A stretch of DNA of 11,860 nt. Origin: Candidatus Thorarchaeota archaeon (GTDB lineage Archaea > Asgardarchaeota > Thorarchaeia > Thorarchaeales > Thorarchaeaceae). The position numbers and the translations under genes were made by a program. Below the pieces are notes generated by a model that ran no database searches, was not told the origin of the DNA, and worked only from the letters and a program-made list of their open reading frames with translations. Of the stretch, positions 1 through 6,895 are shown piece after piece. Each line of letters begins with the position of its first letter. Position 1 is the first letter of the stretch. The stretch covers positions 1 through 11,860 of the forward strand of contig JBHLQM010000052.1 of NCBI GenBank assembly GCA_048884785.1, given 5' to 3'.

Positions 1-1
1 T

Positions 2-1537
2 GCATGTTATGACGCAAAGATAAACTGTGATAGATGGCCTCTCAATATTTCCGCTGTTAGGAGAGCATTTCATTATGCGATAAATAAAACCGCTATCTGT
101 GAAATGCAAGGACTTCGTCCACATGATAGTTACTTGATATCTCCATTTCCTCTGTCTATTGAATCAGAAATGACTCACCACTATTATGATGCAGAGGTAG
201 AGGTAGGAAATGCAATTCTTGATTCCATCGGCTTTTTAGATAGTGATTCAGATGGATGGCGCGAAGGACCTGGAGGTGTGGAGATACCTCCAATCAACAT
301 TGAATTTCTACGAGGTGCGGAGGATGGTCCTTTGCAAGAAGATGCTGCTAATTTCCTAGTAGATGCATTTCAGAATCTCAGTATTGAAGCATACTCGACA
401 AGATATTGGGACGGATTTAATCCCGCATTAATAAAGGCTGAAAATATGGATTTTGATATATTTCTCATTGCAATGGCTGGATTTGATCTCACATTGGATT
501 CTCTCATAGAAGCGTTTAGCAACGATTGGTATGGTTGGACAAATTCAACATTTGATGAATATGCAGACATTGCTGCACATTCAACTAACTATACAGAAGT
601 AACAGCAGCGATGAAACAAATGCAATATATTTTCATTGAAGAAGCTCCTCAACTAATGCTACAACAATTACCTCTGTTTTCTGCGTATCGAACAGACAAA
701 TTCGATGGTATCATAGAACATCCGACGTATGGACCACATAGTTTCTTCACCGGCTTGAATGTAAACGGCACAAGTGATACTCTTCTTTTTGGTGATACAA
801 ATCATATCCTTTACAATCATGAGGTAGTTAGCTTACCCTACTATACTTGTGGTATCGACGTAGCAACTTGGTGGTCTGTGAAGTCTCACATGGAAATGCT
901 ACATGATTCACTTGCTAGGCTAGATCCAAATCTCGATGTAATTAATTGGTTGGCTGAAGAAGTTAGTATTGAAACGCATGAAGATGATGATACAATCCCG
1001 GAAGGGAATACACGATTCATAATAGACTTAGTTCAGAACGCAAGGTGGAATGATGGAGAATCAATTACTGCACATGATGTTGTGTATTCAATTAATTGGT
1101 TCAGGGATATTTATGATGGAATTCCCTCAGACGATTATCCAACTGAACTATATCGTTGTGTAGCAGTATCTGATTCACGGTTGGAAATTCAATTTTCCAC
1201 AGAATCATATTGGCACTGGTACAAGATATGTTTCCTGCCGATTTTGCCAAGACATGCACCAAATCAATATGATCCCCTTCGTGCCTATCAACTTACACCT
1301 GACGAGTTCACTGAAAATCTTGTTGTATCCGGTCCATTCATGGCTTCTGAGTGGGTACTGGGTGAGTATATAGAGATTGTCCAGAATCCATACTATTGGA
1401 GGAACCCACCTGAAAATACTACACCTCCTTCGACTACTACACCTCCTCCAGACTTCACGATGACATTTGTCACTGGAATTGTGGGTGCAGTGACAGTTGC
1501 GGTCGTAGGTGGCTATTGGATCCTAAAGAGAGAATAG
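2..1537 (+). CDS. ABC transporter substrate-binding protein, family 5 (OppA/DppA-like), 5'-partial, with C-terminal membrane anchor
   Basis: The frame is open from position 2 (ACYDAKINCDRWPLNISAVRRAFHYAINK...), so the gene starts before the window and ATG 104 is internal. Family-5 motifs: VRRAFHYAINK, ILDSIGFLDSDSDGWRE, WTNSTFD...QYIFIEEAP, DSLARLD..WLAE, WNDGESITAHDVVYS, SGPF...W...NPYYW. It ends in a Thr/Pro linker, a hydrophobic helix and KRE. Six N-x-S/T sequons are present. Stop is TAG followed by TGA. Confidence 0.9.
   Translation, partial: ACYDAKINCDRWPLNISAVRRAFHYAINKTAICEMQGLRPHDSYLISPFPLSIESEMTHHYYDAEVEVGNAILDSIGFLDSDSDGWREGPGGVEIPPINIEFLRGAEDGPLQEDAANFLVDAFQNLSIEAYSTRYWDGFNPALIKAENMDFDIFLIAMAGFDLTLDSLIEAFSNDWYGWTNSTFDEYADIAAHSTNYTEVTAAMKQMQYIFIEEAPQLMLQQLPLFSAYRTDKFDGIIEHPTYGPHSFFTGLNVNGTSDTLLFGDTNHILYNHEVVSLPYYTCGIDVATWWSVKSHMEMLHDSLARLDPNLDVINWLAEEVSIETHEDDDTIPEGNTRFIIDLVQNARWNDGESITAHDVVYSINWFRDIYDGIPSDDYPTELYRCVAVSDSRLEIQFSTESYWHWYKICFLPILPRHAPNQYDPLRAYQLTPDEFTENLVVSGPFMASEWVLGEYIEIVQNPYYWRNPPENTTPPSTTTPPPDFTMTFVTGIVGAVTVAVVGGYWILKRE
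1417..1447 (+). repeat. 13-bp direct repeat (TACTACACCTCCT x2, 18-bp period) encoding the Thr/Pro linker
   Basis: Copies at 1417-1429 and 1435-1447 encode TTPPSTTTPPP. Confidence 0.8.
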
Positions 1538-1580
1538 TGATTCGAAGAGACCTCTAGCTCTAGTCGAGAGTTTAGGAAGG

Positions 1581-1595
1581 CCTAATAGGATTAGG
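1581..1595. promoter_or_regulatory. Palindrome CCTAAT-N3-ATTAGG, possible operator or hairpin upstream of the radical SAM gene
   Basis: Perfect 6-bp inverted repeat ending 22 nt before the TTG at 1618. Function is inferred only. Confidence 0.3.
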
Positions 1596-1617
1596 ACTAT
1601 TCCGAAGATGAACATCG

Positions 1618-2880
1618 TTGAGATATGAAACTGTAAATGCTAAATCTCTACTCTCAAAGCCAATCTATGGGGATAGCTGGTTTCATATCAATAGGTCAAT
1701 CAACTCTTACAGAGGATGCGAGTTCGGATGTAACTATTGCGATGGTCGCTCCGAGTACTACCATGTAGATGATTTCGATTCTCACATTAGAATCAAACAG
1801 AATGCTCCAGAAGTACTAAGAAAGGAGTTGGAAAAAGAGGGATTCGTTTCCCGCTCAAAACTGGAGACAGAAACACTGTGGGCATTCTTGGAAGATGAAG
1901 ATGCAAAAAGGCTTGCCTTGAAAACGCCGCGTAGGCAGGTAATAGGCGTTTGCGGAGGTGTATCAGATGGCTATCAACAAGCAGAGGAGACTCATTGCGT
2001 TACTCGACGTAACCTAGAAGTCTTACTTGACTTTGAGCTGCCTGTCTTCATTCTGACCAAATCAAAGCTTGTTCTACGAGATCTCGATTTACTCAAAAAG
2101 ATACATGAGGTCGCATTCGCCAATATCGATTTCACAATCACGCTACATGATCCTGAAGTCAAGTCGGCTTTTGAACCGAAATCCGCAACAACTGAAGAAC
2201 GGTTTCAAGCACTCAAGAAACTTCGCTCATTGGGCTTCTTCGGGGGAGTCATGGCAACGCCCCTAATTCCTGGTATAGGCGACAACTACGAAAATATGAG
2301 AGCATTGGCAAAGGAGGCAAAAAGAGCCAACGCCGAATTCATCGTCTTTGGTGGAATGACACTAAAGCCGGGCAGGCAAAAAGACCTCTTCCTGAGAGTT
2401 GTGAAACATAAGTTCCCAGAACACCTTGATTTCATCACAAGGATCTATGCATTGAACAATAAGTATGGCAATCCTGACTATTCTGTCAAGAAAGTTCGGT
2501 CGATGCTCAGAGGATATGAAGTCTGCAAAGAAGTTGGTATCAGCGACAGGTCGGTGCGTCACAAAATCCCCTTTGAACATGATGTGAACAATCTTGTTCT
2601 TGGCAAAATCCTGGATATTTTATTCTACCAGCGATATCTGCTGGGTATGAGGAAAAGTGAACTACAGCCACATAGTGACCTGGCTATAAGGCTGGAACGA
2701 GGAGTTGAGAACCTTAACGAGCTGAGGGACAATGGAAATCTTCAGAGCAGACTCCTAGTTGATGATGAATTGCTCTCTCAGATTACTCAGATAATGGACA
2801 CTGGCTCCTGTGATAAACTAGCAAAGATTCATGAAATGATTCAGGAACAGGTCGAAATGCAGCGTGTAATTGAGACCTAG
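1618..2880 (+). CDS. Radical SAM protein, SplB/Rv2578c-like (DNA repair photolyase-like, COG1533-type), with C-terminal PolX-N-terminal-like helical domain
   Basis: YRGCEFGCNYC (CxxxCxxC, C34/C38/C41), IRIKQNAPEVLRKEL, SDGYQQAE, ILTKSKLVLRDLDLL, FEP...ERF..L, PLIPGIGD and MTLKPG match this family. TTG start. Confidence 0.88.
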   Translation: MRYETVNAKSLLSKPIYGDSWFHINRSINSYRGCEFGCNYCDGRSEYYHVDDFDSHIRIKQNAPEVLRKELEKEGFVSRSKLETETLWAFLEDEDAKRLALKTPRRQVIGVCGGVSDGYQQAEETHCVTRRNLEVLLDFELPVFILTKSKLVLRDLDLLKKIHEVAFANIDFTITLHDPEVKSAFEPKSATTEERFQALKKLRSLGFFGGVMATPLIPGIGDNYENMRALAKEAKRANAEFIVFGGMTLKPGRQKDLFLRVVKHKFPEHLDFITRIYALNNKYGNPDYSVKKVRSMLRGYEVCKEVGISDRSVRHKIPFEHDVNNLVLGKILDILFYQRYLLGMRKSELQPHSDLAIRLERGVENLNELRDNGNLQSRLLVDDELLSQITQIMDTGSCDKLAKIHEMIQEQVEMQRVIET

Positions 2881-2948
2881 ACCCCCTAGTGTCAGTGTTC
2901 TCCAGAATACGGAAGAGTATTATTGATGTGTACTAAGCCCAGTCAATC

Positions 2949-2955
2949 AGGTGAT
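2949..2955 (+). promoter_or_regulatory. Shine-Dalgarno AGGTGAT for tldD
   Basis: Archaeal-type SD 5 nt before the GTG at 2961. Confidence 0.7.
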
Positions 2956-2960
2956 ATCGG

Positions 2961-4421
2961 GTGAGGGATCAGACACGTCTGGCACTGGAAACATGCAGCA
3001 GGGAAGGAGCAACATATGCTGACATTCGACTAGTAACAGTAAAAGACCAGGATATAACGATTAGGAATGGGAATCTTGATGCTCTCAATCTCTCAACAGT
3101 GAAAGGATACGGCATCCGCGTCATAGCCAATGGCGGATGGGGTTTTGCAGGGTCATACGACTCCTCAGCTGATGAGATTCGTCGCGTATCGAAACTGGCT
3201 GTTCGAATTGCTAGGGCTTCAGGTTCAACGCGGAAGAAACCGGTCATCTTGGCTGAGACGGACCCTGCCCAGGACAGGTATGAAACTAAAACGCAGAGGA
3301 ACCCCTTTGATGTATCAATCGAAGGCAAACTCGAAGTCCTTCAGGAGGCTGAGCAGAGACTGCGAAAAGCTGGCGACTCGATAAAGATGAGTCGTGCAGA
3401 CTACCGGGCGCATCAAGAAGACAAGCTTTTTGCCAGCACTGATGGTGCGTATATAGAGCAAAGAATTGTGTGGTGTGGCGGAGGCATCTCTGTCGTAGCC
3501 GCAGGCACTGGCGTTCCGCACCAGACGCGGTCCTTTCCGGGATCTTTCAGAGGTGATTTTGCGACAAGAGGTCAGGAGTACTTCGACTCGCTTGCGCTAA
3601 TAGAGAACGCGGAAAGAATTGCAAAGGAGGCAATCACCCTCACCGAGGCGAAGGCATGCCCCACAGAAAGAAGCACCCTTTTGCTAGATGGACACCAATT
3701 GGAATTGCAAATCCATGAGAGTTGCGGTCACCCAACAGAACTAGACCGCGCATTGGGCACAGAAGCAGCATATGCCGGAACGAGCTTCATGACTCCTGAC
3801 CTTCTTGGAAAGCTACAATATGGGAGCGAGCATGTCTCAATGACCTCAGATTGCACGCTTGAAGGTGGGCTTGGAACATATGGATACGATGATGAGGGTG
3901 TCAAAGCAAGGAGAACAGAGCTAGTAAAGGAGGGTCTTTTTGTTGGCTATCAATCCTCCAGGGAGACTGCCGCCATTATCGGGCTGGAGTCTAGTTCTGC
4001 AGGAATGCGTGCTGACAGTCCCCAGAAAATACCGCTAATTAGAATGGTGAATATCAATCTGGAGCCAACGGGCTGGAAACGAGATGAGATTATTGAGGAC
4101 ACAAAGAATGGCATTCTTATGTCATGCAACAAGAGCTGGAGTATAGATGACAAACGGCTCAATTTTCAATTTGGCACTGAGATAGCGTGGGAGATCAAGA
4201 ATGGAGAGATTACACAAATACTCCGCAATCCAACGTATACAGGTATCACTCCTGAGTTCTGGGGAAGCATGGATGCACATTCAAGTGATGATTGGCGTCT
4301 GTGGGGAACTCCGAACTGTGGAAAGGGTCAGCCAGCCCAAGTGATGTATGTTGGACATGGCTGTGGCACGGCACGATTCCGCAATGTTCGAGTTGGTATA
4401 ATCCAGGAAGGAGGTCGATAG
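2961..4421 (+). CDS. tldD: TldD family metalloprotease, catalytic subunit
   Basis: YADIR, GYGIRV...GWGFA, metal-binding HESCGH (HExxGH), YDDEGV, RMVNINL, and the C-terminal CGKGQP carrying the conserved Cys ligand. Confidence 0.95.
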   Translation: MRDQTRLALETCSREGATYADIRLVTVKDQDITIRNGNLDALNLSTVKGYGIRVIANGGWGFAGSYDSSADEIRRVSKLAVRIARASGSTRKKPVILAETDPAQDRYETKTQRNPFDVSIEGKLEVLQEAEQRLRKAGDSIKMSRADYRAHQEDKLFASTDGAYIEQRIVWCGGGISVVAAGTGVPHQTRSFPGSFRGDFATRGQEYFDSLALIENAERIAKEAITLTEAKACPTERSTLLLDGHQLELQIHESCGHPTELDRALGTEAAYAGTSFMTPDLLGKLQYGSEHVSMTSDCTLEGGLGTYGYDDEGVKARRTELVKEGLFVGYQSSRETAAIIGLESSSAGMRADSPQKIPLIRMVNINLEPTGWKRDEIIEDTKNGILMSCNKSWSIDDKRLNFQFGTEIAWEIKNGEITQILRNPTYTGITPEFWGSMDAHSSDDWRLWGTPNCGKGQPAQVMYVGHGCGTARFRNVRVGIIQEGGR

Positions 4422-4422
4422 C

Positions 4423-5799
4423 ATGGTTTGGAAAAAGGAGCTCCTGCTTGAGAAAGCAAAACTGGTCTTACAAGAAGCAGAAAAACTTGGAGCCACGCAG
4501 GCGGAAGTAAAGCTTTGTGTTGCCGACACTGCTCTCACACGTTTAGCGAATAGTATCATTGATCAGAATGTGGCTGAACGACGGTCTAGTGCCAATATTG
4601 TGCTCTACTATGGAAAGAGAAAGGGATCTGTGGATTTTGAGGTATTCGATAATGCTTCACTAAGGGCCGCAACAGAAGCTGCTGCGAAAATAGCTAAGGT
4701 CTCTCCTGAGAATCCTGACTTCCTCTCCATTCCGGAACCTCAAGAATACTCTTCAAAATTGAAGCAATCGGATCTAGTATCAGAATCTACACTCAATGCC
4801 ACACCCGAACTCCGGGCGGAGTATGCTACAAAGGCAATTTCCGAATCCCATAATGTTGACAAACGTATTCGTGCAGTTGCTGGGGCTATATCGCATTCAG
4901 TGTCTGAAACGGTGTTCGCCAACAGCCTGGGAATTGAGGCATATCTTTCTGCAACACGGGCGGCGATTAATCTGACAGTTATGGCAGATGAGGGCAATGA
5001 GGAAGCTGCAGGATGGTCACAGGATATTAGGAATGGATTTGGTGATCTACAAGTAGAGGAAGTGGCTAAGAGAGCTGCGCAGAAGGCTGCCAATGGTTTT
5101 GGAACCAAGGTTCTTGATGCTGGAGAATATGAGATAATTCTTGAGCCAGCTGCGCTTGCAGGGTTCGTTTTTCTCATGTGCTACTATGCCTTTAATGCTC
5201 GAATGTATCAAGACTATACAAGTTTCCTGAGAGATCGTATTGGTGAGAAGGTCTTTTCAGACAAATTCACAATGCGTGATAATCCTCTTGATACTAGATT
5301 TGCCAGTCCACAATTCTTTGACGCTGAAGGGTACCCCAGAGCACCCCTTGATTTAGTGGATCATGGCGTGGTCAAGAGTATTGCCTATGATACCATTACG
5401 GCCACCAAAGACGGAGTTAAGAGCACTGGCCACCAAATGCGCTTTATGGGTCAATCCATGCCTATGGCTCAGCATGTCCTGATAGATGAAGGCAACTCAT
5501 CCTTGGAGGAAATGATTGAGGAGACAAAAAGAGGAATCCTTGTGACTCATTTCCACTATCAGAATGCAGTGGACCCATCTAAAGGCGTTCTCACAGGCTT
5601 GACACGTGATGGTGCATGGTTGGTAGAAAATGGTGAGGTCAAATATCCTCTAAAGACCCTGAGATATACTGATGCGGCACCTAGATTCTTTGGGTCGATT
5701 GACTTAGTAGGAAAGTATGGCTATCTAAGAGATAGTACGTCAATTGTACCCTCCATGAAGCTTCCATCCTTCAAAATCACAGGTAGCACAAAGGGGTAG
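4423..5799 (+). CDS. pmbA: TldE/PmbA family protein, non-catalytic partner of TldD
   Basis: Starts 1 nt after the tldD stop, with GGAGGT SD at 4410-4415 (translational coupling). Motifs TRLANS.I.QN, G.YEIILEP, FDAEG.P, STGH, LTGLTRDG..LVENGEV. HExxH is absent, as expected for TldE. Confidence 0.92.
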   Translation: MVWKKELLLEKAKLVLQEAEKLGATQAEVKLCVADTALTRLANSIIDQNVAERRSSANIVLYYGKRKGSVDFEVFDNASLRAATEAAAKIAKVSPENPDFLSIPEPQEYSSKLKQSDLVSESTLNATPELRAEYATKAISESHNVDKRIRAVAGAISHSVSETVFANSLGIEAYLSATRAAINLTVMADEGNEEAAGWSQDIRNGFGDLQVEEVAKRAAQKAANGFGTKVLDAGEYEIILEPAALAGFVFLMCYYAFNARMYQDYTSFLRDRIGEKVFSDKFTMRDNPLDTRFASPQFFDAEGYPRAPLDLVDHGVVKSIAYDTITATKDGVKSTGHQMRFMGQSMPMAQHVLIDEGNSSLEEMIEETKRGILVTHFHYQNAVDPSKGVLTGLTRDGAWLVENGEVKYPLKTLRYTDAAPRFFGSIDLVGKYGYLRDSTSIVPSMKLPSFKITGSTKG

Positions 5800-5807
5800 T
5801 TGAGAAC

Positions 5808-6554
5808 CTATTCGGTTTCAAAGACAAGGAATGTATAGTGTCCCAAACGACTCAAAGAAGCAGGCGGTGTCCTTTCAGTTACTACAGTTGCAGTTCCAGT
5901 AGAGAGGTCAATATCTAGACCATCCATGAACTTGAATCCGAGACCTGAAAGTATCTTAATGTTGTCAACAGGATACAAAAGGCACGGCTGGGTCACAATC
6001 AGAATCGCCCCAGTTCTTAATGCATTGCGAATTCCTTCAATGCTCTTTCTTGCATCAGTGTATTCTTTGTAGTATTCGCTCACATAACCAATGACATCAT
6101 TATTCAGTATTCCAATGTCAAAGCAATTCATTGGCACTGCTCTTTTCTTGAGAATGTCCTCATCCAACCACGTTTGATTTCCCTTTGCAGTATTCAGGTA
6201 CTCCAGCTGAATATCTGGAAATCTGGCACTTTCAATCATACTTTCGAACTTCGCAGCAACAATTCGGGTATTGGATACGAGTCCGTGTTCAATTAGCTTG
6301 TCAAATAGGCTCTCAATTCTTAATGAATGTATATCCATACAATAAACCAGAAGATGGGTTTCTATATTGCCCATGCACTTTGGCAAGATGGTATGAAAGA
6401 AGAGCGGAACTTCGTCATTCTCACCTGATGCAAAATCAGCAATGAGAAGGGTTTCCTGTTTATTCTCTAGTAATGCATTTTCAATCAATTTGATGAGAGA
6501 GTTACTTTTGCAAATCCATGATAATGGAATTGTCTTGTCAATGAAGTCATTCAA
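5808..6554 (-). CDS. Hypothetical protein with divergent class I SAM-dependent methyltransferase fold
   Basis: Motif I-like LIADFASG, acidic strand-2 VYCMDI, FDIGILN and IRNALRTGAILIV occur in the canonical order. The TTG start is uncertain. Confidence 0.65.
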   Translation of the reverse strand: MNDFIDKTIPLSWICKSNSLIKLIENALLENKQETLLIADFASGENDEVPLFFHTILPKCMGNIETHLLVYCMDIHSLRIESLFDKLIEHGLVSNTRIVAAKFESMIESARFPDIQLEYLNTAKGNQTWLDEDILKKRAVPMNCFDIGILNNDVIGYVSEYYKEYTDARKSIEGIRNALRTGAILIVTQPCLLYPVDNIKILSGLGFKFMDGLDIDLSTGTATVVTERTPPASLSRLGHYTFLVFETE

Positions 6555-6680
6555 AGTGTAAAATAGCTACGCTGCCTTCTTTATGAAATTAGCCTCTGTT
6601 GAATGGTGGTCTAAACGGTCAAATTCGCCACAATGTTAGGGTTCATAATACTCCGCTTTTGCTTGCCAGCAATCAAAATC

Positions 6681-6686
6681 AGGTGA
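6681..6686 (+). promoter_or_regulatory. Shine-Dalgarno AGGTGA for the ferredoxin
   Basis: Same motif as upstream of tldD, 6 nt before ATT 6693. A TATA-like TTCATAAT lies at 6642-6649. Confidence 0.6.
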
Positions 6687-6692
6687 ACTATC

Positions 6693-6878
6693 ATTCCTAC
6701 AATCTTGAATCAAGAGTGCTGTATTGCCTGTGGAGAGTGTATCAAGGCATGCCGGTATGGTGTGTACGAGAAGCTCGATGAGAAGCCTCAAGTTACAAAT
6801 GTTCAATATTGTAAGGAGTGTGGGGAATGTATCAAAGCCTGTGAGAATGGATGTATTCGCTTTAGACCCAAACCCTAA
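6693..6878 (+). CDS. 2[4Fe-4S] dicluster ferredoxin, 61 aa (absent from the ORF track)
   Basis: Manual translation: (M)PTILNQECCIACGECIKACRYGVYEKLDEKPQVTNVQYCKECGECIKACENGCIRFRPKP*, with two CxxCxxCxxxC motifs. Stop TAA at 6876-6878. Start is ATT 6693 by SD spacing, or TTG 6705. Confidence 0.9.
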   Translation: MPTILNQECCIACGECIKACRYGVYEKLDEKPQVTNVQYCKECGECIKACENGCIRFRPKP

Positions 6879-6895
6879 TGTTTCTGTTACCTGAT

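Noticed and set aside
104-106. ATG 104 as the start of the SBP
   Set aside because: The frame is open to the window edge and the upstream codons encode a conserved family-5 motif (PLN...VRRAF.YAINK). No signal peptide follows ATG 104.
6633-6686. 17-codon ORF (MLGFIILRFCLPAIKIR-TGA) in frame with the ferredoxin, suggesting selenocysteine or read-through, or a precursor peptide
   Set aside because: The TGA is part of the AGGTGA SD and does not align with a cluster-ligand Cys. The ATG has no SD and lies upstream of the TATA-like element, and I recognised no SECIS after the gene.
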